From: Laetmonice hystrix
Taxonomy: Eukaryota
Reading direction: 5' to 3'
Assembly: GCA_965235115.1 (NCBI GenBank)
Contig: OZ249436.1
Coordinates: 37,078,001-37,142,000 of the forward strand
Length of the DNA: 64,000 nt
Shown here: in pieces, positions 14,186 through 25,640 of the stretch
How positions within the stretch are numbered: position 1 is the stretch's first letter
How the letters are laid out: each line of letters opens with the position of its first letter
Notes under the pieces: generated by a model
Databases searched by the model: none
What the model was told of the DNA's origin: nothing
Seen by the model: only the letters and a program-made list of their open reading frames with translations
Translations under genes and position numbers: made by a program

Positions 14186-15052
14186 TCGATCATGGTATCA
14201 AGCTCTCCAGATGGCGGCCAATAAAAAAAATGGCGTGCGGCAATTTTAGGCAATGGCCTAACTCCCAAAATAATGGTTGAAATTGCATCAAATTCGGGTT
14301 GGAGGGGGAAGGGGCATTGAGGCCAATTTCCATTTTTGTTTTACTTTGATCTTGGTTTGACCTCACATGACCTTTTTGTGACCTTGGCCGTTTTTGGCAT
14401 AAATGAACGTTAGAACAGTCAGCGAGTATCTCTCACTTCTCCCCTCATCGGCAATTCGGTAATAACCTCGTTGAATAAGGTGTTATTGGTCTGACGCATT
14501 GTTGGCATCTGAGGACATCGACAATGAAAAACAGATCAACTCCCTGCAAGATGGAGTTTCCGTATAAGATGATACTTTCGAAATATAAACATCTGATTAA
14601 TCTTCTTAAGGGAACTTGATTGCAAACAAACAAAAAATCCACAGTATACTAATTGTGGTATCACGTGACCACTTGCATTATGCTTCAGTCTGACACTGAC
14701 GAATCATGTTGTAATCTACTGTTAGCATTCCAATCTTCCACCAGTTGACGTTTTTATGTACAGTGGATCGCTTGTGTTTTTATATATGCTTGACGTCACT
14801 AAAAACACGAGTCATCAAGATCTCAGATTAAGTGAATGTTCTTCTTTCAGATGATCATACGTTCACTCTGACGTTGTTAAAAGACGTATGACACCGTGCT
14901 CGAGGAATGAATGCCACACCAACTGCGAGTATTCAATCGGGCGAAGGTTTACCGTCTCTCGGGTGCTCGCATGTAACTGCAGTATATTTTAGGGCTGCTT
15001 GTAGAACACCCCATGCAAACCTTGGAAACAGAGATGGTACAGATTCTTTTAA

Positions 15053-15351
15053 AGGGATGGAAAATAAGGTTTCGTAGATCAAATGAAACACCAGCATTTA
15101 CCTCAGGGCAATAAATGCCACAATTACGTTGTCTGAATGAAGTAATTAACGTGTAACTGCCCGATGTGTGACGCCGCTGCTAGTTCTAACCTTGCTCTGC
15201 TTGTGTGTTCATCACCTCGGACGTTTACAAACGTTGGGACTCCAAACATCGTGTAGACAAGGTCATTGAGCCGTGGTGTGCAGCATTCGGCTCTGATGAA
15301 CACACAAGCAGGTCAAGGTCAGAACCAGCGGCGTGTGTGTTTACCCTCCCT
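15053..15351 (+). mobile_element. TTAA-flanked MITE (Kolobok-like)
   Basis: TTAA|AGGGATGGAAAA...TTTACCCTCCCT|TTAA, with an internal inverted repeat. Paralogue at 9460-9762. Confidence 0.8.
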
Positions 15352-16557
15352 TTAAAGACAATCGCCTCCATCTTAATGTTGTTTTCCCAAAACTGGCTTA
15401 GAGCGACCGCTCTCCTCCCCTCCTCCCCCAAGTCATAATTTACCATGCTCCAACCTTACACCTCCCGGACTTCACTGCGAGGCCAGAACGATGCCACAGG
15501 GAGATATAAATATATAACTCGTTCATGTGGAAAGATTTCCCCTGAAATCTTTGAGCAGGGTTGCCAGCTCCTGCATGATACTAAAACAGAGCTCAAACGG
15601 CGATACTGGACCTATATGAATAATTTGAGGTCATATATACAGAAGGTAAGTGGCATGCTTTCATTAAGATCTCTTTAAGGTGCAGAATTTCATTAACATG
15701 CTTTCTCGTCGTTTTTATCTCCACTGAATACATGCCATTTATATGTTTAAGCGGCTTTGTGCATCCCTGATGTTAGTTTTATGGCGTCAGATCAGATCAT
15801 TTCAATAATAGTCTAGCCACCAGTAAAGAAGTAACGCTCTTTCTACCAGCTACACTGGCTTTATTGCACATACGCGAAACAACGCCGTCTTTTCCTCACT
15901 CTCAAAAATCGATTTAATTAAAATAATCACCATTATGGTTGTTATAATTACAGCGTTACGAATTTGGTGTTCGTTTTTAACGTAAAAAAACAACAACAAA
16001 AGGAGACAAAGGCCGTATAGCGGGTGTGTATTATTGGGAGGACAATGCCGGCAGCAAACGTGCCTAAGGCAGTATAATGACAACATAGGATGTTCATTGT
16101 CAGATTGAAAGGAACGACCGGTGGCCTCTTTGAATGGTTATTAGAGCCGACAAAGATCTGGAGAGGCACAATGCTGCTGTAGGAACAGCACAGGCCTTCG
16201 CCCCTTTTGACAACATAATTCTGCGCGATAGGTTCTTTCATTAACCATAGCTGTGGCATCATCAGCATTCTTTGTCGCATTACATTTAGCAGGAGAAAAT
16301 CCACAGGTTTTTTTTAGGTCAATTGGTGATACAACATTGGAAACATAACGACAAATACGGCTTCTGCTGCATACATGTGAAGATCTGTAATACGGAGAAA
16401 GCAAAATATCAAGATGTTATTGTGAAAAATTTAAATTGAAAATATTATAATTTTATAACGATTCTTTCATTATTCCTAACACATAATTTATTCGACGCCA
16501 CCTATCGGAAACGCAGCGTCATCTTTAGAAGTGTCAGAGAGGCCATCGATGGGCTAG

Positions 16558-16920
16558 AGCCTAGATCCACTGCAACGTTTCGGTTACGTTACTTTACTGG
16601 CGGTTCTTGACGGCCGACGGCGGCGCGTTTTTACCGTCACATAAATGCTGAGCAGACGCCACGTTGTGGTCAGCTGCACGCACGTCATTTTCAGCAGATC
16701 CACCAACGTTCACTGACGGCTACCTGGCGGTATGCTTGGTATATCAGCGGTTGTGACGTCAGGTGCACGCCAAACAACGTCACCTGCCGCGAAGCAGCCG
16801 TCACTTTCCCGCAATATCAGATCCACAGCAGCGTCTGTCCGACGGCCGTCTGACGGTCGAGTCGTCCGTCTGACGACCGTCACGAAAACGTGATATTCTC
16901 CGTCGCAGTGGATTTAGGCT
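16558..16920. mobile_element. Harbinger-like MITE
   Basis: TIR AGCCTAGATCCACTGC / GCAGTGGATTTAGGCT and a CpG-rich interior. The TSD is not clean. Confidence 0.6.
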
Positions 16921-18085
16921 TTTAAGTTTGCCGAGGGGCGGTTGAGAAAGGCTCGCGACAGATCTACAGGGGACGGGACATTGTGTGTTCTGTAAACTCT
17001 ACCTTATAGGGCTTGATAACTTGGTGAAAGGTGCAAGATGATCACTTCCAGAATGCTAAAAATACTCTTGTAACATCGATGTTCCACAACTGGTCAAGGC
17101 GTTTCTCCAACGTGACTCACTGAGGCAGATCCAGTAGTGATTTCCAATGAGCAAAAGCTCTAGGGGACACAAACATTTTTGGTCTATGGACCGAACCTAT
17201 ATTTTGAAAGGGGGAGGGGGGTCGTGATCCTGGATTCGCGTCTGATTACCCGTGGAATTTGACACTAGGCGCTATAAGGCTCGGTACGTTGTACTGATTT
17301 GAAATGATCCACGCGTAAGGATAACCTGTGAACGACTTGTTTAGACTTGACCATAAGGCAGGCACTGAAGACTTCTATATTGAAAAACGCCAACACCGGC
17401 CGCTGATGGCACCATACGTCCCAGGTGGTCTATACAGTTGCAAGTAACCGCGTTCATAAAGGCGTGGCTTGTACCAAAGCCATAAACATTACCCACTTCA
17501 GTAGAAAAGCCCTCTGGTAATTTGAAAGCATTAGACTAATGGCTATTCATTCGCCTGGTGTATTTCATGAACTTCTGGAAGGTTACCAATGAATGTCATT
17601 TTTTGTGCATCAAAGAACTCCAACCACCAGTATGGATGGGATTTCCAACAACAATGTATCAGATTACTCTACTAACGGCACCCGCCGGACAACCAAACAC
17701 TTTGGCTTTGAAAGCCTGTCTCGTATCCATATCACATCAATATGGATTAAACGTACTATGCTTGTACATACTGATTTTTTTTTACAAATAGGCCAATCTA
17801 TCCATACGTCAACATACCATACCTTGCAGTAACAGAGTTGATGATCCAAAATGTCGGTATCAGTTTTATCTATAAAGACACATATTCAAGTTCGTCCTGT
17901 TAATGCCTGACTTAATATACTGACAATCCAAAGAAACGCTCAGGTAACATTTTCACCCAGAATTTTATTATACTGACTGACATACAATCAATGTAAATAC
18001 ATCACAAACAGTCTAATAATAGAACCACGACGTCAGTCGTGTTCTCATGCTGTTGATGACGTACGAATCCTGGCCTGAAGGATGC

Positions 18086-18205
18086 TCAGCTATTCCTCCC
18101 GAAGACCAGTGAGAAGCCCAGTCGATGTCCAACTTCACTGTAAGTAAGGCCAGCTTCCACCATGCCCAGGGCGCGCAAACATTCATCTCTTGGTAATCGT
18201 GCCAT
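18086..18205 (-). pseudogene. N-terminal (HTH) fragment of a Tc1-like transposase
   Basis: Translates as MARLPRDECLRALGMVEAGLTYSEVGHRLGFS, matching the typical Tc1 N-terminus MxRL...RAIGMLEAGxTxxEVARRLG. Truncated after about 32 aa and not in the ORF track. Confidence 0.7.
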
Positions 18206-19028
18206 GGTAATACTGATCCAGTGACTGATAGTGGTTTTTTAATGGAGAGTAATCACACCCTACTGACCAACTACTTCCAAATCATGCCACAGTCCTTGCC
18301 CAAACACCTAATCTTCTTCAATCTGATTAACATCAAGACCAGTGAAGTGTATGCGGGGGGGGGGGGGGGGGGGGGGGTGAACATCAAATCATTCCCTGAC
18401 TTGTCTGGTTCAATATAAATTTAAAGGGTAAGTGTCAATTATTTCATATAGATTTTACAAATTAGCGAAACCACTGCTTGTATATAGTCCATAGCACTGC
18501 CTACTTGCCTGATTGGATTTCGTGACTATTTTTTTAAATATTTTAAAAAACCAGCAAATGACGCACGTCTTTTCCTAGACCTGCAGCCTACCTACGCGAT
18601 AGAGTTTTAGCCGGGCGACTTTGCACCCTTTTGACAGAACGCGAGACTATAGCCGCAATCACGTGATCATCTCACCCGTTACAACGCTATGTCTGCAGGT
18701 CAGACATTCCCGATGGCGGAAAGCAGCGTTGTTTATGAGTGTTCTCGACAAGAAATGTGGAATGTGAAGCTGACCGTGCATTTCGCTGCTGTCTGTTTAC
18801 AATACGTATATTAAACTTAGGAAGTATCCTCGGGACAGAAGGTGCATAGATTTTGATGAGGTAAGCGTAAAACCAGGCCGAACCAGGTTGACCTGATTCC
18901 TTAAAAGGAAGCCTGGACCAGTCATGGCCGTTTTGGGGGAAAAAGCATTATGACAGACCTGGACGTTTCTTTTGACTGTCAGTATAGATTCTTTTTGTGT
19001 CTACAATTCAGAGGATTTAGAACTTGCA

Positions 19029-19223
19029 CCCCCTCGGGTACAAGAGGTAAGAATGATCCTCGGCTCCTCACCCCTGGCTCGTGGCGACGAACGAGGCTGG
19101 TATGGAGAAGTGGTCGGATATCGGATCAATGCTGAGTCTTCCGCATGGATTTAGATCATTCCAACACTTCTCTCACTGCGCCTCGCCACTGCTCCCTAAC
19201 TATAGGCCATAAAGTATGTTGTA
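19029..19223 (+). mobile_element. SINE-like family A, 5' half (interrupted by the EnSpm-like element)
   Basis: CCCCCTCGGGTACAAGAGGTAAGAATGATCCTC...GAAGTGGTCG...ATGGATTT...CACTGCTCC, collinear with 55770-55960. Confidence 0.65.
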
Positions 19224-19469
19224 CACTGTTAGAAAAAACAGTAGATTTTACAGAATATTTTGTACAGAATTATTCTGTAAATCATAACAACTGGGAATTT
19301 CCTTTAGTTTTACAGTATATTTGGTTTTAAAAGCGGAATCACAGTTCTTCTACAGAGAAGTTCTGTAAATTTACACAAAACGCCTTAGTTTTCGTAATTT
19401 AATCTATACATTACAGGCAGATTGCGATAAAAGTTGTTTTTTTACAGCAACCCATGGCAAGTTATCGTT

Positions 19470-19537
19470 TTGTGCATGCGCAGTAGGCACTTCCGATAGC
19501 TCCCGGCGCCCATGTTGGATTCTGAGCTAAGGTGAGT
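19470..19537 (+). promoter_or_regulatory. Putative element-internal promoter and first exon
   Basis: TGCATGCGCA (NRF1-like), ACTTCCG (ETS-like) and GCCCATGTTG (YY1-like) are clustered about 250 bp inside the TIR, followed by a strong donor AAG|GTGAGT (GT at 19532). Confidence 0.5.
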
Positions 19538-20905
19538 TTTTTCAAGTTAATCTGATTAAATCGTTGGAAAATCTGTTTTTTTTTCACGAAATCAAAAGGG
19601 GCATTTTAAAAGTAGGGGCCTACAGGATTCGATGATTATTTAACCTCGCTGTGACTGTCCGCACTGGCGGCGTGAGACCGCATAGGCTACTCACGCCCGC
19701 GCGTGCAGAGCCCTCAGCCCGGCCCATCCATGGACTGCCGGGCTAAGCCCAACGGCAACGTGAGCCCAAAGCGGGCACTTGACTCTTGACTTGAGGGACC
19801 CCAATTCTCGCTAAATTGCGGAATGGTTCGGTACCCTAGCCGACATTTATTTAGCCTGAGCCTGTTGTAGTTATGTTTTGAGGGGTCTCTTTTTGAAATA
19901 AGGTGTGTGTCTTTTTTAGTTTTGGACCACATGACGTCATATCCTCGAGGGTTCCCGAATGTAGAGAAGTGGCGCTGTGGTCGTTAATGACCGGAGCATG
20001 GCAGGGTTACCACACAGACGTTGCATCAACGATTCCCCCCCCCCCCCCGTCTGCCTCTGCCGGATAACTGTTATGCCCAGAGCCGAGGTTAGTCCCTATT
20101 TCAAGTGTTCGGGTGATCACCTGTACAGGTGTTATTGGTATTAAAGGTAAACCCCAGGATTCAGGGTGGCAACACATTATAATCCTCAATAGGTTTATGG
20201 GACGAGGAAAAGGCCATTGTTGGCAGAAATGTAGATTTTCATTTTCCCCTTTTTTTCAAAGACAAAGTGCGAGTGGCAACTCTGGTTCAATAGTAGGAAA
20301 CGGTACTAAGGGCTGTGGCTGTCGCCTACTGACTAGATCTACTGTTCGTGCTCTTGTGCGATTTAACGTTTTAACGATTTAACGTTGCACAGGACTGCTC
20401 CTGGGGTAACAACATGCTGTTCATGGCAGTTTCACTGTCCAGTCTGTTGATTCTGTTCATACGGGACAGATAATTTTAATTTTTCTTCAATTGATTCTAA
20501 AAGTTTACCGACGGATTGGGTGTAACTTTAGTTAAATAACTTAGTGATCAGTGCATGGTGATTATCATTCAGCAATTTTAATTATTATTCTGTAAAGTGT
20601 CATGTGCCTGTCACAATAAAATTATAATATAAGCCATAAGGTCAGTCTCTCAATGTGTGTAACAATGTCAGGCCAAGGGAGTAGGCCGCCATTGTTTTCA
20701 GGGTTAGGACTTTAGTTTTGCTTGTTTTAAGACATATAATCTTACACCTTTTACACTTGGTGACAGCTTTCCTTTCTTTTTTGCAGGTTTACCCGAATTG
20801 GAACCCCAGAAACTGGTTCAGCACCCGCCTTGTCTTCAGCATTGGCCTTAGGCTGGGTGAGTTGTAGGTATACTTGTACTGACTGTCACTGTTAGTGTTA
20901 CTACC

Positions 20906-21239
20906 ATGTACAAGTGTCATCATTGTCATTACCGTTCAAATTCACCGAAAAATTATTCACACCACTATGCTATTCATAGGTATAGCAATAAGGTCGAATT
21001 TCCATGTGGCATACCTGGATGTGACAGGGTATTTAGGATTTACGAAAGCTTTAATACTCATCTGTCTCGAGATCACCACAATATTAGGCATTTACACAAG
21101 TCTAAGAGCACTGAGGACGCATCAGGTGGCAGTCCCAGTCAGAATGGTCAGGTTAGGCAGGTAGATCATACAGTGAATTTAACCTGTTCTCACTGTCAAA
21201 AGGTTTGTGACCAGTTCACTGATTTTATTGCAATCCTGG
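20906..21239 (+). CDS. Exon 1 of the transposon-borne 218-aa protein: two C2H2 zinc fingers plus a truncated third
   Basis: ACCATG start. Motifs CHHC..HYAIH and CGIPGC..HLSRDH, then CSHC without its histidines. Phase-1 donor CTGG|GTGAGT. Confidence 0.75.
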
Positions 21240-21617
21240 GTGAGTTTCATGACTTCCTTCAAATGACTTTAGGCTGTGCTACTGTTAGCTTGTTGTCCTT
21301 TGCTTGTACACATGTAGTTTTAAACAGCATAGCCTGTTGTGAGACAAATATTTGTTTGGCAGAAGCTTTAGTGACAGATTGTTGAAAAATGTTTTAGTTG
21401 CTGTCATGTCCTATACTTTTCCGGATGTCAGCCCGGGATGGAGATATGGGTTCGGTGGTTGAGAGTAGAGATAGATACCACAGGTCTATATTCCGGCCAT
21501 ATTGGGAAGCCTCGTTGACTGACCTCTAGTGTTTCAGAAGATTCAGAATTCTGACAGAAACACACATTCACTTAAATGCTTTAACCTGCCGTAATAATTG
21601 TATGTCCTTTATTTCAG

Positions 21618-21795
21618 GGAGGCGAGAAGACATATTCCATGGTCAACATATGTTCTACTTAGTCATTGAAGGGGAAGTGGTAAATGACAAAATACGCACC
21701 TTCCGAGAGGCTGTCATAAGCCTGTTCACGTCTTACTACACTCTATCTATAGAGTACCCACCAGGCGCAGAGGTGACACTGGAGTTTATCCAAAG
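21618..21795 (+). CDS. Exon 2: C-terminal region of the EnSpm accessory (SAMD3-like) protein
   Basis: Acceptor TTTATTTCAG and donor AAAG|GTAAT. Motif FYLVIEG...LFTSYYTLSIEYP...TLEFIQR. Enters in phase 1 and leaves in phase 2. Confidence 0.75.
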
Positions 21796-21982
21796 GTAAT
21801 CTTCAAATTCGAGGCTTGATAATTTGAAATAATGTTTGCTGTTTTAACATGTAAATGTGCCCCTTTGAATTAGATACAACTATAGGCATGCCCATAATGA
21901 CAATCTTCAGATTTCTTTCCTAATTTACATGTACATGTAAAGTTTGGGAATCCCTATTTCCAAGTAATTTCTTTGTTTTTAA

Positions 21983-22475
21983 GGGATACTCAACTGGTTG
22001 CACGAAATTTAGAACATCATTTGGAATAAAAGCATAGACAATTTTGTTCACTCAAAAAATTCATCAGGTTTAAGATTCGGGAAAAGGTGATTTGAGGCCA
22101 TTGAGCCGAGTTGTGATGTCACAAGTGCTCAAGGAAATACAGGTAAAATGAATGGTCCTGATCATTTGTGACAGTATTATAAAACCAAATGTTGTGCAAT
22201 CCACATACAATAACTGCTCTATGGCCATCATTATAGTGGATTGCACAGTGACTTTGCAACAAGGTGACAAAATTATCAGGTCCCTACAGTTGACCTGTGT
22301 GAATGAATATTCATTCAGCACTTGTGACATCACAACTCAGTTATCGGATTGATAGCAATTCCCCAAATGGGCCTTTCCTGATTCTTAAAGTAAACCCGAT
22401 GGAATTTTTTGAGTATATACAAAATTGTATAAAGCTTTTATTCCAAATGATATTTTAAATTTCTTGCAACCAGTT
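21983..22475. mobile_element. Old foldback MITE within intron 2 of the transposon ORF
   Basis: Starts TTAA|GGGATACTCAACTGGTTGCA. About 150-bp imperfect inverted arms, e.g. GAGTTGTGATGTCACAAGTGCT / AGCACTTGTGACATCACAACTC. The right terminus is eroded. Confidence 0.7.
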
Positions 22476-22561
22476 TTTTTTATATAATTTTGCTGCATTT
22501 TCATGTGTGTAGATTGTATTGAACTCTACCTAAGATGAAATTGTTACCCTCAAATTTCCAG

Positions 22562-22706
22562 GGAACTGCTTAGCATTAACCCGGACAGTGAGTGTACGGC
22601 CATGAAGAGCAGCAAGAAGAAAAGAAAAACGGCAGTGGCACCAAGGATAGTGATGCTTCTTCAGCGAATAATGGAGTTCGAGTCTGACTGGAATGGTGAA
22701 AGCTAG
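22562..22706 (+). CDS. Exon 3 (terminal) of the transposon-borne protein
   Basis: Acceptor AATTTCCAG. A phase-2 join gives ...FIQR-ELLSINPDSECTAMKSSKKKRKTAVAPRIVMLLQRIMEFESDWNGES*, with an NLS-like KKKRK. Not in the ORF track. Confidence 0.75.
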
Positions 22707-22792
22707 ATGATAGGCACCGACAGAGAATCTAGGCTTAAAAAGTTTTATTTTCTCTACTCATTTTAACACAATATAAGTGTCTCTGTTTTTTT

Positions 22793-23329
22793 CACTGTTA
22801 CAGGGTTATTGATTGTTCTTTCTGTATTTGCCTCTGAGTTATTCTTGGATGTATTTCTGTGATGCTAACTTCCGATCATTTAAAAATCAGTATTTCAATC
22901 TAAAAATTCTTGTAAAACTTGCATTTTTGGTCTGATTTTAAAAGTTTAATGTGCATCTTGGAACATCGTTGTAGTTCTCCTTAATTCTCATTCAGGAGTA
23001 CCTGTCATGTTTCAAAGCCTCTTTCAATAGGTGACTAGGGTGCTTGTAGATATCTTCTCGCTTTCACCAGTCCAACAGCAAGGTGTTATGCATGAAGACC
23101 TCCAAAATATTCTGTTTTTACTGTGACAGGGTTAGCACTTTAATTGTTCTTTTCTGTATTTGCCTCTAGGCAGAGTTATTCTTGGATGTAATTATGTGAT
23201 GCTAGCTTCCGATAATTTCTAAATCAGTATTTCAATCTAAATGTTTTGGTAAAACTTGCATTTTTGGTCCGATTTTAAAAATTCAGTGTTCATCTTGAAA
23301 CATCGTTGTAGTTTTCCTTAGTTCTCATT
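22793..23329 (+). repeat. ~200-bp direct duplication in the element's 3' region
   Basis: 22793-22993 and 23120-23329 align, e.g. GAGTTATTCTTGGATGTA, AAATCAGTATTTCAATCTAAA and AACATCGTTGTAGTT. Confidence 0.8.
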
Positions 23330-23375
23330 GAAGATTCATCAGATTTAATACCCTCAAACTGGCCCAGATATTGCC

Positions 23376-23799
23376 CTTGCTAGCCAACATACCTGGTTTA
23401 AATATACCCGTATGTACACAGTATATGTACAGGCAATATTATTGTTGCCAAGTGATTTTGTGGCCTTTGCTAGCCAACGTACCTGGTTTAAATACATGTA
23501 CACAGTATCTAGGCAATATTATTGTTGCCAAGTGATTTTGTGGCCTTTGCTAGCCAACGTACCTGGTTTAAATACATGTACACAGTATATGTATCTAGGC
23601 AATATTATTGTTGCCAAGTGATTTTGTGGCCTTTGCTAGCCAACGTACCTGGTTTAAATACATGTACACAGTATATGTATCTAGGCAATATTATTGTTGC
23701 CAAGTGAATTTGCGGCCTTTGCTAGCCAACGTACCTGGTTTAAATACATGTACACAGTACATGTATCTAGGCAATATTATTGTTGCCAAGTGATTTTGT
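23376..23799 (+). repeat. Tandem array of five 80-90-bp units
   Basis: Unit TTGCTAGCCAACGTACCTGGTTTAAATACATGTACACAGTATATGTATCTAGGCAATATTATTGTTGCCAAGTGATTTTGTGGCCT, with periods 90, 80, 86, 86. Confidence 0.95.
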
Positions 23800-24165
23800 T
23801 GTTTTTTAATAAATAATACTTTTAAAATACAGTATATGGTAGTTGAGTCGATTTTATGCTGAAATGGTACAGCTGTAATTTTATAGAAAGTGCCTGCAGC
23901 AGAGTCCCCAGCAGTTCTGTGGTTTTACAGGGAGTTGTAAATGCAAATTACAAATCTTTCTGTACATAGCATAATACAGATTACTTGTTTAAATACAGAT
24001 GATCTGTAATTGTGATAAAATTCAGTACTATTTAATAACAATGAAATTGTAACTTCTGTTCACAGATTTCTTTATTTTTAACTTCAACTGTAAAAATACA
24101 GAAAGTGATGGGGACTCTGCTGCAGGCACTTTTCTGTTATTTTACCAAAGAATTTTCTAACAGTG

Positions 24166-24327
24166 TAGGACCTACCTAGCTATGTCCATGCGACTGGAAA
24201 AACCTTCGCCATTTTTCGAGAGTCGGAGATGGGTTTTTTCTCACTTCCTCCACATCATCGTCACCTGTGACTCGGGGGTGAACCAGTTGGAAGGTTTTAT
24301 CGTCGCCCTGAATGAGGCTGTAATAGA
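24166..24327 (+). mobile_element. SINE-like family A, 3' half
   Basis: GCCATTTTTCGA...TTTCTCACTTCCTCC...TCGCCCTGAAT, collinear with 55960-56160. Confidence 0.65.
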
Positions 24328-25508
24328 ACACAAGATGTTCAACATGAAAATGGGTCTAGGTATAGGTGGGCATGAAACCACACTAGATAAAATTAAATAT
24401 ACAACTTTTCATAACTTTTCTCAACCGCTTCATATTTAGCATTCCAAGCATATATTGCTTTATCTATCATTATAGACTTGTGGCTATCCGAACCGTTTTA
24501 TTGATTGAGACTAGGTTCTTCATGTTTTCAGAGTGCTTTTTAATTTCGGTGTAAATGATCAGACCCTCTATTGATGCCATTGGGCAGAGTCCAGGAAACC
24601 TTTTATTGACATTATGCATAGTCATCGTACCATCTCTCTGGTTCCGTTATTCCGTGTTTACGCTGTCAGTTGGTGTAAAATATAGTTTGAAATATTAGAC
24701 GGCGACAACGCCTACGGCCGACCGAATTGGCCGTTATAGTTTGTCGTCTTTGCTCACATTTTATGGATCCCAGCCTCTTTACACGTTTATGCATGGGCCA
24801 CGACCGCCGGGGCAAACCGGATGAATTATACGAGCGTTCACGTGACAGGCGTGTGTCCCGGCAGATGGCGCTGTCCGAGTTGTGAGGCAGGCTGGACACG
24901 GTTTCTTTCACCACGGTACCAAGGGCGCCCTCAGACAGCAGCGAGGAGGGCGGGGAGAGGGTAACCTCGTCTGACCCCCAACGGGACCTCGGCGTGCTAT
25001 AAAATCTCGACCCACTGATCACATGTGCTTCTACTGGCGATGCTCTACAACTCATGGGTTAATGTCTCCCCAGGGAGACCCTTACGCCATCGTAGGTTTT
25101 CTTTTTATGCTATTGTGGACAGCTACTTCTTTCCGCTGAGATGTCACGCTCGAGAAGCCAATATTACCGCCTCCAAGTGTCGGGTCGACGGGTTGTGAAG
25201 ATATTTCATGGCTAAGTAGCGTCTAAAAGAAGGTTGATGTATAAGGTTTAGCCTCATCCCAATTCCAGAAAAAAAAGAGTATAAAAATATGTATACGGCC
25301 ACAAATCGTGTCAAGGGGTAGGGTTACAATATCGTACCTTTTATTTGTTTTTGGTGGACAGTCAAATGTTATAGGCCGACTTTCTACAGATGGTGTTTGA
25401 CCATACAGCCTGTCGGAACTCAACAATCCTACGACGTAAGGACATGTCTTTTTTCATGTTTCCTGCTTCAATATCCACTGAAAAAAAGATCTTTTCCTAG
25501 GATTTTCC

Positions 25509-25554
25509 TGCCTCTGCCTCTCTGTCTCTGTCATCTGTCTCTCTCTCTGTACTG

Positions 25555-25604
<50 letters not shown>

Positions 25605-25640
25605 CTGATTCTCTCTCTCTCTCTGTCTCTCTCTCTCTCT
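25509..25640. repeat. (CT)n microsatellite, compound
   Basis: Direct inspection. Confidence 0.95.

Larger units (their letters stand above)
19224..24165 (+). mobile_element. Internally deleted CACTA/EnSpm (CMC)-like DNA transposon
   Basis: TA|CACTGTTAGAAAA ... TTTTCTAACAGTG|TA (13-bp TIR, 2-bp TA duplication). TACAG/CTGTA-rich subtermini. Encodes zinc fingers plus an accessory-protein C-terminus, but no catalytic transposase core. Confidence 0.88.

Noticed and set aside
17360..17395. Hammerhead core candidates (CTGAAGA...GAAA here; CTGATGA..GAAA on the minus strand near 61770)
   Set aside because: Stems I-III cannot be formed around the cores.
18425..18910. TTAA|AGGG left end followed by a possible THAP-like exon
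   Set aside because: No matching right TIR was found and the peptide lacks the conserved C2CH pattern.
23412..23793. Repeated ORFs and a possible CRISPR-like array
   Set aside because: A simple tandem repeat with no unique spacers, in a eukaryotic context with no cas genes.
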